Origin: Catajapyx aquilonaris
Lineage: Eukaryota
Direction of reading: 5' to 3'
NCBI GenBank assembly: GCA_000934665.2
Contig: KZ538766.1
Coordinates: 1-64,000, forward strand
DNA: 64,000 nucleotides
The notes under the pieces are model-generated. The model was not told where the DNA came from, ran no database searches, and saw only the letters and a program-made list of their open reading frames with translations. A program made the position numbers and the translations under genes. This document shows, in pieces, positions 21,611-36,544 of this stretch (positions within the stretch are counted from its first letter, which is position 1; every line of letters begins with the position of its first letter).

Positions 21611-24600
21611 CTAAGGGAGCTTAGAATACATGTCTTCAAGTTGGGGCTTATAGTACTTTTTCAGTTCAGGTCGCCGGGACTTGAGGGTCGGGGTCAGCAA
21701 GCCATTCTGGACGGAGAACGGGTCCGGATGCAGGTAGATGTCCTTCACCTGCGACGTACACAATTAGCATTACAATAATAATCCGCCTGGCCGCAAATTG
21801 TTAATGATTCGTACGCAATGAAATGTTTCAAACTTGGGAACGAACCTGTTCGAAGGACTTCAGCCCGGAACGCTTTCCGTACTGAACCATTTCGTCCATG
21901 ATTAGTGCCTTGACGTCCGGGTTGGCGCAGAGGACGGACAGTGTGCCTGGAATCCCCTGCTCAAGCGCCCAGCTCTTCACAATTTCCACGTTCGGCACCA
22001 CTATTGCTACTATGCACGACTGTAAGAGGTAAACAGTCAGGAAAATTCATGACATGTCAATAAAATGTGGCGTACCTTTAATGACTCGCCGTACACAAAG
22101 ACCTGTGCGACGTAGTGGCTCTGGAGGTAGATGTTCTCAATTTTCTCGGGAGCAATGTACTCGCCCTGACTCAACTTGAAGATGTGCTTCTTCCTGTCGA
22201 TGATCTTCAGAGCGCCGTTTGGTAGCCACATGCCGATGTCGCCTGTGTGGAGCCAGCCGTCACCATCTATGGTGTCCCTTGTCCTGTCAGGATCCTGAAT
22301 GTGACGAGAAACATTTTAAAACCGCAATTTCGTAAGAAACCATTCGTAATAATTCCCACCTTGAAGTATCCTTGGAAGACGTTGGTCCCCTTGACGCAAA
22401 CTTCTCCTTGTCCAGCGGAAGCGTAGTATTCCATCTCGGCTACGTCGCACAGCTTGATTGCATTGCATGGCAATGGTGGACCGACATGCTCGGGTACGTA
22501 ATCTCCAGCAATGTTAAGAGTGCAGGGCGCCACACACTCGGTCTGGCCATACCCTTCTATCACCTGTAATACAATCGGGTGTAATTAAACTGTTAAAAAT
22601 TGTAAGCGAAATGAGTACTAACCACACATCCAAGTGCACAGCGCATGAACGTCAGTACATTTCCGGCCAGCGGTGCAGATCCAACCACCATCAGTCGGAT
22701 CCTCCCACCCATGGCCTCCCTGACTCCCCGAAAGACTAGCATGTCCCAAAAACCGTTGTCGCGAATCACACCTCGCTTGATCTCCTTCTCCTTGCTGGCC
22801 AACGCCATTCGCAGCAGGCTCTTCTTGATGCACGAGCCGTTCACGCCTGAATGGACCTGTTAGAAGACAATGCGGTGTTATTGCTGGCAACGACAAAACT
22901 CCGGCCCGGCACAAACCTTGTCGTAGATGCGGTTGAGCAAGCGGGGTACAGCCGGAGCGACAGTGGGCTTCAAGGCCTTCATGTCGTCCGCCAGCTTCTG
23001 AATGTTTCCGAGATAGAACCCGACAGCTCCACCTTGCATGTAGAGAGCCACCTCGCAGCATCTCTCCAGCATGTGGGCCAGGGGCAGGAAGGAAATCATG
23101 ACGTCTTCCTTCACGGGCTTGAACTCGCCCATCTGAAGCAGCACTGCGCTCACGTTCGCTATCACATTTCCGTGAGACAGCATCACTCCCTTTGGGCTGC
23201 CTGTTGTGCCCGAAGTGTAGCACACGGTGGCTGTGTTTTCTGCCTTAGGAGGCTTCGGATAGACAAGAGGTCATCAACTCAGTTTGCAAGTATGTTTGAA
23301 AGGTAATTTGTCAGTTAGCTAGTTTGTTTGTCCTGACAAACAAGATAACTGATAAATTAACTTGTTAGTTACTTTGATAGTTGGCTAGTCCATTTGTTAG
23401 TTAATTTGATAGTTGGCTAGTCCACTTGTTAATTTGATAGTTAGCTAGCTTGTTAACTTGCTAGCTAACAAACTAACCAATTTGTTAGTTAGATAATTGG
23501 TTAGCTCAGTTAAATTTAGTTAGCTAGCTAGTTTGTTAACTAGCTAGATAACAAATTAACTAACAAATGGATTAGCTTAATTTAAATTTTTAATTAGCTA
23601 GTCTGTTAATTTGTTAGTTAGATGGTCCATTTGTTAATTTTGTTAATTTCTGAGCTAGCTAGTTAGCTTAGTTAATTTGTAAGTTAAGCTAGTTATAGTT
23701 TGTTAACTAGCTAGCTACTAACAAATGGACTAGCTAAATTTACTTAGTTAGCTAATTGGTTAGTTAGTCCATTCATTAATTTGTTAGTTAGCTGGTTCCT
23801 TAACTAGTTAACGAACTAGCTAACAAATTAACTAGTTAAGGAACTAGCTAACGAATTAACTAGTTAACGAACTAGCTAACAAATTAACTAGTTAACGGAC
23901 TAGCTAACAAATTAACTAGTTAACGGACTAGCTAACAAATTAACTAACAAATGGACTAGCTAACAAATTAACTAACAAAATAATGGACTAGCTAAATTTT
24001 AATTTTTAGTTAGCTAGTCTCGGCTAGTCTGTTTGTCAATTTCTTAGTAAGCTAGTCTCTTTGCCAATTTTACTTAAATTGTTAATTTATTAGCTAGCTA
24101 GTTAGATTAGTAAGCTGGTTAGTTAATTTCTAAGTTGGCTAGTTTGTTTGACTGTACTTGCTCGTACTCACCACTTCCTTGTGGTTCTTAAGCGCTCCTA
24201 TCCTCTCGACCTCCTCGAAGTTGATCATCTCGATCCCGTGTTTCTTGGCCCTGGACAGCGTCTCTTGCGTAGGTGGCTTGATAGTGACCATTCGCTTGAG
24301 GCACCTTGGGGCACGATCCATGAGTGAGTTGCACTTGTCGTCATTCTCGCACACCACCACGCTCATCTGGGCCTGGTTGATTATGTAGGCGCAGGCGTCC
24401 GGACCAAGCGTGTCGTACAAGGGGACGATCACCATGGAGTAGCAGTACAGGCCCTGCTCGCACAGGATCCATTCTGGGCAGTTCTGACTGTAGATGCCGA
24501 CGAAAGTAGACTGCGACGGGGTGAGGCCAAGCTCGACCAGTCCGGAACCGAAGTTGTGCGCACGGAGAAGGGTCTCGTTGTAGCTCAACCACTGGTAGGG

Positions 24601-27600
24601 CTTCCCTGCCTTTTCACGCCAACCAAGGCATGGACCATTGTCTGAGGAAATAAATTTAATTCTTATTACATTTGTTACGCTAAATATTTGTCAAAAAGAC
24701 TTGACATATAAGCATAAGTGGTCACCTTTAAGAATTAGGCCGTGTTTACATGTGATTTGATCAGCGATGAGCAGCAATAACCGATTGTTACTTTCGCCCC
24801 AAACAATTGGTTTCATCACTGCTCATCGCTGATCAAATCGCTCACATGTAAGTGCGGCCTTATCACAGTGCGACGTGCAGTTGGCAGAAATTGCCTTTCA
24901 TGTCATATACACAAGGATTAAACGCATCGGTCTACTAGAACTGGCAATCAGCACGCGGCTATGAATAGACCATTTTTCCACAACGTAAATGCGTAACAAA
25001 TGAAGCTGCACGAAAAAGAAAAAAAAGGGGCAGGTGTGAACATGTGTGACAAAAAAACTCACTGGATTCTTTGGCTCCACGTCGAAATGCATCGTAAATG
25101 GTGCGGGTGTCCTCGTAGATGTAGCGCAAGAAGTTTCCCTCTTTGGCCTCCTTGTAATACTTGGAGGTGCGGACCATCTCAGGACCCTGAAAAATATTAA
25201 AGAAAAATTTCAAAACAAATGCAAATGAGCAGTTTATCATCATCGTCTGTCGTTGTTGGCGATTTGCCTGAAACAATATCACGCTGTCAGTACACGAGGA
25301 CTTAATAATTGCGGCTTATGTTCATTCACTGAATCCGCCCCGAGGAGTTTTTGACCCCATTCAATATGCGCTGCCTATTTATCTCTCAAGGTCAGAGTGT
25401 TGCAATGTCAAGCCCTGCTCAACTGACACATATCCCACAGGAAGTTAAAACTATTCCGATAAAGGTAATGCTTGGATAATAAACGTCGATTTCAGTTATG
25501 TCAGTACGTCACATTTAAATTCATGCATTATGTACTGTACTGTAAAAAGAAGAGGGAATAAAATCAGATTATGATGAATAAAAAAAATTATTGCATATGA
25601 AAATAATCAGCAACGTTGCTACACGTCGCTTTATAAATAACACACGATTTCAATACGCAATAGCACAAGTTTCCTCATCAAATTCCACTCCACTAGTGCA
25701 TGTTTAAGCACTGCATAAAATCTGATAATCTCATGCCTTGCTCACACCTTTCTATTTATTTCCTAAGTCTCCAAAACCGACAAACGGCCAAGTGGGGAGT
25801 CGGCCAATGCTTGAAATAGAGAGCCTCGCAAAACTACCACAATAAAGCGGACTTGCACCACACACACAAACAACAACTTGCGAGGATCAACATTCCACAT
25901 CAATTCCTTTTCTTAATCCCGCTCTTCTCTTGCGGTTTTATAACGAAGCAGCATACCAGCAATGCAAGCTTTCGAAGCAAGACGGAATATCCTTGACATT
26001 TCAGTGAAGATTCTAAAAATAAACAGTCCGTCTCATTATGATCACAAGACTTGACCCTTCCAATTTTAACAGCTGCTTTCGCAATATTTTTTGTGTGTCA
26101 CACTTCTCCTTCCCCATCTGGGATTCAGAAATTTCAATGTGGAGCGATGCCAAAGTAAAGAGGAGGCCTGCTTGTCAAAATGACGCATGCCAAATGGCGC
26201 GGATCATAAGTGGCAACAATCAACAAGGCTTTAGGTGTGATGCGATGTGTATGGTTCATTAAGCAGAAATTGCAAACTCTTTAACGATGCGGAACATGTA
26301 AAATAAAATCCAAATTCAAAAGCGTGACTTGTACTTTTAGAGCACGCCACAATTTTTGAATACGTAGCACGTATGTTATTAATTGCTGGTTAATTCTTTT
26401 CAACAATTGGTCCTCGGATGTTTCAAATTGAGATTCATTGATTGGTTCACGCAATTAATACTTCAAGTCAAATTTAAATTTCAGGTATGAACTTCAATTA
26501 AAAAGCAACGCTCATATCTAATAATTTGCACGACGAGCTGATGGGAAACTCGTTCTTCAATTAAAAAGTAACGTTCAAAGTAACTTCAATTAAAAGGTTA
26601 CATTCATATCAAATAATCTGCACGACGAGTTGGTGCAAAAATATTTAAAAAAAGTAACGTTCAAAGTAACTTCAATAAAAAAGTAATGGTCATATAATTT
26701 GCAGGATGAGTTGGTGCAACACTTAAGTCATGTTCATATCAAATAATTTCCACGATGAGTCGGTGCGCAACTCTTTTCAAATTCCGGCTCAGCAGCACTT
26801 AGAACTAAAAATGAACAATTGTTAATACAACCACATCGCATTACAGGCGTGCCCTTAAGAAATGTGAACGCTGCGATTTTCATGAACCTGAAACAGCAGT
26901 ACGAAAATACGACTTATCTAGCCATCTGAAAGTTCGCATATCTTTGCCAGACGGTGAAACAGATAACTCAAAAGATCCTTTCTTTTTTTGGCTCTCAACC
27001 AGACATGATATCTCACCTTAATCACCTCCGATTGGTGATCCAAGTTCAGTTCTATGGTAATTTGATTAACCATGGTTATAAAAAAATATATAATCTGTGA
27101 ACTTCACACTAACACATCACTTCCACTCAATTGCCCAACATGTTCGGAGGGGGCCACCAAGGGCACCGGAGAAAAGAAAGAGCACAGGAAGTTCCCACTC
27201 TATTGTGTCAGTCACGTTTTAACCAATTGAACTGCGGCCGTCTTTTCCGAAATAATGAATAAAAACATTGGATAGGGCGTGCAAAAAGGTTTAAGCTCCG
27301 GGGATATCTGCAGCTAGTCTAAATCCGGACCCCCAACCAACTTTTTGGGGATGTGACCACGAGACTTTTGCACTGTGCCAAATTATCCTACTCCCCTAGT
27401 GTCAAAAATAATCGCACACTTGCCACTCCCACTTTAACCTGCCTCCCCCTTACGACCCTTTCTTTTTTTCTTCTTCGCGTGTTCCGCATCTTTCTTTGCA
27501 ATAAAAGTACTGCGCAGCTTATGTGTTTTGTCTACTCGGATATGCAGGATAGCAACATTGTTAACTAAATGGTGTTAACCCAGTTGGCAGACCTACTTGA

Positions 27601-30600
27601 TTGGTAGCCAAACTGGTCATGCGCTGATCTGATTGGCGGAGTTTAGGACACAAGCCAGAACATTTCTCACGAGCATTCTTCAAAAACTGTCGATACGTTA
27701 ATTAAAAGTAAAATACGACAACAGTACTTCCCATCACAAAATTTCCCAGTCGCGTAACAAAGTTTCCGTCAATATTGCAAACGGTTTCGTAACAAACCAA
27801 CCGGACATCAAGTGCAATGAACTCAATTGAAATTCACTGTACAGCCCCCCCCCCCCCCAAAAAAAATGTAATAAGAATCAGCGGGCATCATTACACCAAA
27901 ATAATGTGCGTGCTCAAAACTCGTATGAATTAAATAATCACCTCAGCATAATTTTCCTGCTTTAATTGCATGATTATGCAAATCGTCGCTGTAAAATTAA
28001 AACCTGCTATGTGTTCAGGAGGCCTATAAAAACCATTTAATTTTAAAGGCACTATGTACATTAGTCACAATCGTTTACCTTTAAAAGTACCACGTAAATT
28101 ACGTAAGGTATACCTTGAAGTGGTTTTTTAAAGGTGTCCTGAGAAGTCGTCATTTCACGCAAAACAGGTTTTTATTTCAGAGCGATGGCATGTAAATTAA
28201 TGGAAAGTTTCCAATTACGCTATGGTATTCACCGTACACAATCAGTAACTTTCTCTTAATAAGCGCAGATGCAACTGGGCCTTACAGCTGATCGTAGCAC
28301 GAAAGATGCGCAATTTTCTCTATTATTTTTGTATCTCTGTACTTTCAATGGTACTCAGATCTCAGTACGACTTGAACAAATTTCATCCTGTCAATCATTA
28401 ATGAAATCATGCGATGCAGATAATTACATACGATTTTTTTTTTTTTGCATGTATTTATATAGCATCACGATTAGTTTACAATGTTGAACTTAATTATGAC
28501 ATAGTTCTATACACATTAATTTGCAGCAAAAGGGAGTCTTGGTACAATCCATACATTTCCCATCAGTAATTACGAAGAGAAATTATTAGCTTCGAGTAAT
28601 AGAGCCACCAATTTTCCTCTCATATTTTCTCGCTGCGAGCAAAGCGCTATCTTTTCTCCAAATCAATGCACCCTGCATTCCTGCCAAGTACAGTTTCACT
28701 CCCACCATGTAATTATGTAAAAGATTACGTAACCCGGTCTTTCATTCACAAGATTCCTTTGCGGAAAGGTCGCATGAGCACATATGGAATTTCACGGCCT
28801 TGTTTTTTTTATTAAGTGAGTTATCCATGAGAAAATCAAACTGCTTTTTAACATCGCATGTACAAAGGGCAGTTGCTGAATTTTATAACAATTGTAATTC
28901 AGTGTAAGTGCTCTTTTTCTATTTAATGTTTATGGTTCGACAATTTGGCAGCTATTTGCATATTTTGTGTTATTGCTCTGTGGGAATAAAACAAAGTTAC
29001 GATGCGAAACTTACCAAATGACTCTGACTGGAAATGTCGACCATGGGTTTGTACGACGTAGGTCTTGTAGCGTAGTAAGCTGCTGCAAGGGCCAGGGTAC
29101 CAGCGCCGGTCAGCGCCAGGGCACCGGTCGTCCCTCCCATCCATTGCAAATATTGGTCCATATCACCAACTGTAAAAAATTAACAGATTATATAATTTAC
29201 ATGCGGCATAAACTTGGCAACGAGCCGTAACAAGTAAAACTATATTCGCTTAGGAATGTGATGTGCATGCATCAAACACCGCATTTGTTTATGTCACAAC
29301 CAAGATTGAGTTCACGCCCTCAAAATATTTGCACTAACAAAGTCTATGCCAAAAAATTTTCAGGGGGTTCCCGAAACCCATAAGCCAACTTTCACACTTG
29401 TGCACTATTCGTCAAGCCTTACAGCACATGTCCCTGCAAATAGAAATGCGGTTGCCCCATCCTCTGATAAACTGCAGCTTATCAGTCCAAACAATTACAT
29501 ATAAAAGTCAGACATCGCGCCTCAAGACTGATTACTCATAAAAGGTCTGTAATTGAACTCGGTGGGAGGGGGGGGGGAAAAAAAAAGCTGGAAAGACGCC
29601 AAAGAGAAAGTTACGCAACATACTAAAGGTTGTTGACAGATGTTGCTTGCTCTTCAATGAAGCCTTGCACTGCGGATTAACCTGTTTTGCATTTACCTTT
29701 TTTCAATGTCAACAGGAAGTGCAAGCAATATGCAGACAATGCAACTCTTTCCGACTGCATTTATCACGATAAAACAAATCGCTCGGAAACATACAAAGGA
29801 GTCGAGACCACGAACTAATCTTATCAAACGATGCTGCTCGTAAGGTTTAAACACGCATAGAAAAAAAACCATACCATTTAAGAAAATTATTATTATTAAT
29901 ATGTACACATTTTGGCCACATTTGCCGAAATTTTCCAACCATTTTGGGCCGAAACTTTGTACGACAGATAGTACATATTGTAATTTTACTATTACAGTGC
30001 AGCCCCAACAATGGGGTTACTTAAATAAATACAATAAAATAAAATCATTACAGTGCAGTACTTACAGAACTTATCATACAAAGCTGCTCGTTATTAATCT
30101 TAACAAATTTATTCGAAATCATTATTTACATGCACATTTTTACTATTACAGTGCAGTACTTTCAGCACTTATCGTACGACCAATCTTAAATAGTGAAACA
30201 GTAGCATATTTTATTAACAATGATTTATAAGCACGGTAATTTTACTATTATAATACATGTAGAATACGACTAAGATTTATGCGCAAAATTAGGCATGACT
30301 TGTAATGTATAAACTGTACCATATTATTATTACGATGCCATGTAAAGTCGAAGCGTTTGAAACGTAATTGACATTGCGGATAACGCAGTGTGCTTGACGT
30401 TAACTATTGGAACCAACCTTGAGTCGCTTTTACCGCCCTTCATTCCTTGTAATGTATAAACTGTACCATATTATTATTACGATGCCATGTAAAGTCGAAG
30501 CGTTTGAAACGTAGTTGACATTGCGAAAAACGCAGCGTGCTTGACGTTAACTATTGGAACAACCTTGAGTCGCTTTTACCGCCCTTCAAATCCATTCCGC

Positions 30601-33600
30601 ATTGTTCATGTACATTTGCAACATTCACGTTTACTACCGCAGTAACTAGGCTTGTGCGGCGGTTTGCAAAATGTCCATAAAACAGTGAAGCCTACTCCAC
30701 CTCCCAAACCATACGCCGCAATGACACTAACCTGAATTATTAAATCTGGCCGTACAACACTGCGTTACACTTGCTACGTACAAAAGAACATGCTAAGTAA
30801 ACTCCCAGCCCCAATATCTCACCTTGCATTTTTCTCTTTCTTTGTTTTTAAATACCGTACCTTACAATATTATATTTAACGAGAGAAAATGTATTGAAAA
30901 AAAAAAAATGGAACACAAAAAAAAATCACAGGTCAACAACTTTTTTTTTTTCAGGTTTTGTTCTACAGCAACTTTTATGACTCTTTTTGAGAGGCTTTCC
31001 TTTTTTGTATTTAAATAATGAGATCAAGCTTTTACAGAGAGAGAGGACTAGAAGTACATGAGGACGTGCTCGTTGCAAACAATCCGAACATTACAAAATA
31101 AATTAAAAATAATTAGACCACACAAAAAAAAGAGGAGGGGCGCAATCGCATGTTGGCTCCTCCCCCCCTCCGGAACTATGACGTCACAGTGGTGTGATGG
31201 CAAAGGACCAATCAGAACGCAGGGAATCGATTCGGTTGGTACAACACAAAAATTTTAAAAACAATTACCATGAATTAATTAGCAAATTGTAAGTACAGTG
31301 CCATAATAAAAATTGCGGGTTAATTTTTATATACAAAAAAACCCGGATTGGAAAGCCGCGCCGGAACGAACGCTGATTGGTCAACACTGTTCGAGAGCTC
31401 AAAGATGGCGGCGACTATTATTCGAAAAAATAAACATTTCACACGCAATCGTTAATTAGTTTAATTGTTATTATTTTAATTCGTAGCGTGATGCGTGATT
31501 TTGTTAATTAGAGCGTGTTTTTGAAGCGACTGTTATTAATCGATCATTACGGACTACCATGTTGGGAACACTGTGGTCGTGGCGCGATTTCAAAAAATTG
31601 TTACGATTTGGCCGGTCTGATTCGTGCGGATTATTTTTTTGCACAACTTTTTTGTCGGTTCTAATTGGCAGCATCACGCTTTTTAAACATCATGTACATA
31701 TTTAATGACGATTTCACCATCAAGGTGTTCCGGTTGAGAGAGAGAGAAAAAAAACTGGTAGTAAAATCGGTTTGACAATAATTGCTAATTAAACTTCCGG
31801 TACTTGTTAGTGGAATTCGAGCAACTATAACCTCCTGAGACCCCTAGTACACCTTTCAATCACCTTTTTTTACGCGTTTGAGTTAGTCAGGTGCTGGAAA
31901 AAACAAAGGTACAGTATACTGTACCAGGGGTCTCAGGAGGTTAAAACCGAAAACGCAAAAAAAAAAAAAATGTGACCTAAAATTATGTTCTTACCAATAA
32001 GTGATCGTACTTTTAAATTTTAATATCCGGATATGTACGTACGTCACTTATTAATAGCAATTCCGGTTCAATTTTACGTGTTGTGTCCGACAACAATTTT
32101 CGAGCGTACATTATCTGGAAACAATTAGAAGCCATTCAAAACAACGTATTGTTTCCAGTCAGCTGTGACTTACATTTTGATTTGAAATATTATCAGCATA
32201 TTTTTAATAACCATCTCACGGCCATAGCCAGATCATACCTCCCACGTGATCGAATTTCGAAATTTGCCGCCGCCCCTGCGACCTTCTATCGTGATAACGG
32301 ACAGGATCAATAAGCTCCACGTTTATACTGCGTACCTCCAAACGACAAAACGTACAAAAAAAATCATTGCAATTTTTCAGTCACAAAATTATTGTCAAGT
32401 CAAAAGTTCGGAAAAACTCACCATAATCCCAAAGAGTCTGCATTATTGTCACGAGTGTCCACGTGAATCAACCTTTGACCTGTCCCCCTCCCGGTTATCT
32501 CCAGAGGTCACTCACGAGCTTGGGGTTTGACTTTGGTTGTCACTAGTCAAATACCACTACAATAGACACATTGCCAATCCAGCTATAGTCTCCCCGGGTC
32601 GCAAAAAAAGACTATGGTGCACCTCTTCGACCAACACAAAAAAAAAATTGCGCTGCCACGCACTTGCTATGGCGCATAGACTCTAGTGGGCAAGACGTCT
32701 ACTTGATAAGATAAGTAATTGAAACCCGGCGCGATTTGCAGCACTTGCAGTACTGTGCAAAAATCGGGTTTTAAATTACGACGGAGCATAACAAACCACT
32801 TCCTAATCGCTGCACTTCCCGCCCCCTCATTTGGCCTTGAAACACTGACCTCCATAAGAGTCAAATGGAATGCTAATTACAACACAAGTACCGCAAAAAA
32901 ATCTCAAGTTATTGTCCGGAACATACATTACGATAATTATCTTTTGCTTTCCATGTCCTCATTACATATATCAATGCATCGTAAATACTTATAACTTGTC
33001 CAGTATGTGGACACTTAACGATCCCAGATTTTTCCAAATATATAAAAATAAATAGGCTACGTACATAGGCTACATAAATTAATGAATAAAATGCATACAT
33101 AGGCTACATAAATTAATGAATAAAATGCATACATAGGCTACAAATTAATGAATAAAATGCATACATAGGCTACATAAAATAAGCTACATACATGCACAAG
33201 CAGGCTACATATATTAGTGAAAGTACATATGAAAATACTTATATAAATAAATTAATAAAATATATTATATTAAAATACTTATAAATAAATTAATAAAATA
33301 TATTATATTAAAATACTTATAAATAAATTAATAAAATACATTATATGAAAATACTTATAAATAAAATACATATATGAAAATATATAAATAAAATACGTAT
33401 ATGAAAATACTTATAAATTTATAAAATACATACAGTAGGCCTACGTAAGCTACATAAATTAATGATAATGTATAAGCTACATATAAATAAATTAATAAAA
33501 TATAATACAGTAGACCTATATACATAAGCTACATAAATTAATAAAATACATACAGTAGTCCTACATAAATTAAAGAATAAAATACATAACATAGGCTACA

Positions 33601-33680
33601 TAAATAAATAAATAAATCGGATCCTGCATAAATTCGCAAATACCTGGTGATAAGTCAGGAACACTGATGAATTCTGCCAT
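21611..33680 (-). CDS. Long-chain fatty-acid-CoA ligase (ACSL1/5/6 type). Exons approx. 33680-33644 (alternative first), 29169-29015, 25186-25063, 24641-24172, 23253-22917, 22857-22622, 22563-22360, 22295-22076, 22019-21847, 21748-21611
   Basis: AMP-binding CYTSGTTGSPKGVM, gate motif DVMISFLPLAHMLER, EGYGQTE, GWLHTGDIG, IIDRKKHIFKLSQGEYIAPEKIEN, NGLLTPTLK; N-terminal hydrophobic anchor after the ATG at 29161. Confidence 0.93.
23310..24135. repeat. Low-complexity TAGCTA/GTTAAC repeat filling an ACSL intron, with an orientation switch near 23800
   Basis: Repeated CTAGCTAACAAATTAACTAGTTAAC and its reverse complement. Confidence 0.85.
24738..24859. mobile_element. PIF/Harbinger-type MITE; related copies at 44716-44832 and 48706-48852
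   Basis: TIR GGCCGTGTTTACATGTGA / TCACATGTAAGTGCGGCC, TTA on both flanks, internal CGCCCCAAACAATTGGTTTCATC shared among the copies. Confidence 0.75.
30299..30588. repeat. Near-identical ~145-bp tandem duplication
   Basis: TTGTAATGTATAAACTGTACC...TTTTACCGCCCTTCA occurs twice back to back. Confidence 0.9.
31831..31940. mobile_element. piggyBac-like MITE
   Basis: TIR CCTCCTGAGACCCCT / AGGGGTCTCAGGAGG with ATAA and TTAA flanks. Confidence 0.65.
33050..33610. repeat. AT-rich tandem repeats in the first ACSL intron
   Basis: TACATAGGCTACATAAATTAATGAATAAAATGCA and AAAATACTTATAAATAAATTAATAAAATATATTATATT units. Confidence 0.85.
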
Positions 33681-34860
33681 GTTGTGTGTAGCCTAACGTG
33701 TACTTGTTGCGCACTGGAGCTTTGCAATTGCACTACCGAGCTGCAAGGTGAACTCCGACCGACTGACTGGGGATCACCCGATCCCCGACGAGTGAGTGAG
33801 AGATGATGATGTCAAATCAGACGGGGTCAAATTCCTACTTGATGATGTATCCTGAATTTTTTATATGTATATATAACAATATATTGTATATTATTCGCGT
33901 TCATTTGATTGGTGGAAAATTTGTATATATAGAAATTATAGGATGTGTTTATATAATTATATGAGGTGCACTGATCAAGGCCGCTGGATTGTTCGCTCCA
34001 GCAACATATTGCCAGGCTGCTGAGCCATCAGTTGCGATAGTACTATATTAATAGACTGGTCTGTTGTAAAAGGGGAGGGTCACACGGGTCACTGGGAGTT
34101 GGCGATATGCAATGCGGAGTTTAATGTCTCAAAGTCCAGAAATATGTGGCAGGGGGGTTTGACATACCAGGATCCGGGAATGTCAGACAACTTTTTTCTA
34201 AAATTAATGTCGTATGATCGGCGGACTTTGTGACAAAAATCTCATGATGACCTCCAAGGGCGTTTAATGACCAATGGAAACTGTTGACAGACTTTTTTCT
34301 CTCTGTTTTTTTTAAACGGGGGGNNNNNNNNNNNGGGGGGGGGGCGAGCCTCTGTGTTGTTGTTAATACATTATAATCAGTTGACATAAAATAAATCAAA
34401 TTTTACAAGGAGATTTGATTAGGAAGAACCCCAAAGCTACTGTGGCTAATCTGGATAAAATTTATAACCGGAAAAATGGGGGCATTTGCGCATAGTGATC
34501 TAAAAAACGCAATTCCACATGTAATATCATTTCGCAATTCAGAATGAAGCTACTGTATTATATGATTGCATTATCGTACTTTTTTTGCATTTTTAAAAAA
34601 TTCATACAATTATTGTGTAATAATTATTGCCAATAATGAACAAAAAGGAGAAATGCAGCTTTTACTCGTATAACCTGAGCTGAATGTAAATGATATTGTG
34701 CAATACATATGATGGAATATTTCCTCACTTATTTCCGGTGGTGGACACAAAAATAATTGTACTCCCAACTGAACAAATTAAAATAAAACAATTATTGTTT
34801 TATTTTAATTTGTTCAGTTGGGAGTACAATTATTTCAATATTATAATTTGCAGAATAATT

Positions 34861-35148
34861 GAGGCGTTGACGTGGAAGTAAGTCACAATAAAAAATGTGC
34901 CTAAAAATAGCCTACATACTCATAAACTGCTATTACGTTGAATTTTTATGACTTTGTGTAACAAAATCCATCAATAAGAAATATTTTGTGATAAAATAGG
35001 CTTTACTGGTGTTCTCAAAACGGTTTTTTTTGCTTAGCCACTGTATAAAAAAACAGTTTTGAGAACACTGTAAAAATTTGAAAAATTGCCAAAATTGAGA
35101 ACACTGTAGAAAAAATTAATTTGTGACTTACGACAATGTCAACGCCTC
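34861..35148. mobile_element. MITE with GAGGCGTTGAC termini
   Basis: GAGGCGTTGAC...GTAAGTCACAA is mirrored by TTGTGACTTAC...GTCAACGCCTC. Confidence 0.6.
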
Positions 35149-36544
35149 ATATTGTTTTAAATAAAAAAAATGGACGTGCCATAGGCAAATATGGAGGATA
35201 TTTGCCTACATATGCCACGTCCCTTTTTATTTAATAATTTATTTAATAACTTTTTATGTAGTACCGTATATAGAATATTCTGCACAGTACAAGTCACTGC
35301 ATTGCATAACATTATCCAATTTTAATCCGGCCATAACATCCTGTCAGCCAGACTGCCCCTATGAATAATCTGAAGTACACAAGTCCACCAAGCTCTATAT
35401 AATACACCACAAAAATATCCGCACACAAACAAGTATAGAAAAGTTGGGCATTAAAAAAATTTATATACATAAAAAAAGGACCAAACTTCCGTCTGATGTG
35501 CAGACAGCATGAAAAGAAGTCGTTGATCCTCATGTATAAAAATCAGGGGGTTATCTCTCGCACTTGCCTCCAAAAGATTACTTCGAACTTCTGGACTTTA
35601 CCATATTCCAATATTTTATCGGTGTCGTGTCACACAGTTTTTTTTGTCTTTTTTTTGGGGGGGGGGGGTGCACCCCCCCCCGGNGTGCGGTTATTGTGGT
35701 CTGATGATCCCAAAAGCAGCAGCAGCAGACGCGATGGCCTAAATTTTGGGTCGTGCGAAGGCCAAGGTCAACACCGTACTTTACAGTTACTATCGATTGT
35801 CCTGTAGACTTGCACCTGGCACAATTGCATCCCCAGGGCCCCTCCCCCCAAAAAAATATGTCCAACGGCTCCAAGAACTGGCCCATATATGTAGGGTGGT
35901 TGCTGGAGTGGACAATCCCTCGATTTGGACAATGACACATGCCATAATTGATCACTCGTCGTCATGCTTGAACCGGGAGATTCAATGTGTGGAGAAACCA
36001 TGGAGCCCAACAATATACCCGGCCAAGACCAAGACGAAAAGAAAGTCTCGGTTTTATGCACACAAAAGAAATTTGGAGCAAATGAAACTGGCGGAACTGG
36101 TGATAATATTTTAAAATGAGAAAACAAGTACCCCCGGTAGTACTACCTTTTTAAATGAAACATGCGTAATGATGTTGCTCGCAAGCAAGACATTTCCTCA
36201 ATTAGTCCAGGTAAATGGACGAAATTTGTCGAATTTTAGTCCCACTGCTAGTTACTGCTAACTTAGCAGTAACATTGCCAACACTTGGGTACTGCTAAGT
36301 TTAGCCGCACATATTAGCAGTGGGACTAAAATTTAAAAAATGTCTTTAACCCGCATTAAAATTCTTGGTACGGAGCAATATGGCAGCATAATTTCCAGAC
36401 ACAATATGCCAATAAGTATGTTGTAATGTCGCATTAAGTATAGGCTACGCATTCATCCCAGCAAGGAGCGAAAATAGCGACATTATGTTGATATTTTCAA
36501 ACCGGTTTCTGGGGGTTAACAATTCCATAATAGCATGAATTTCG

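Noticed and set aside
33803..33855. ATGATGA...CAGA...TGATGA...CTGA resembling a C/D snoRNA on plus
   Set aside because: Only ~53 nt, no terminal stem, no recognisable rRNA complement and no host intron on that strand.
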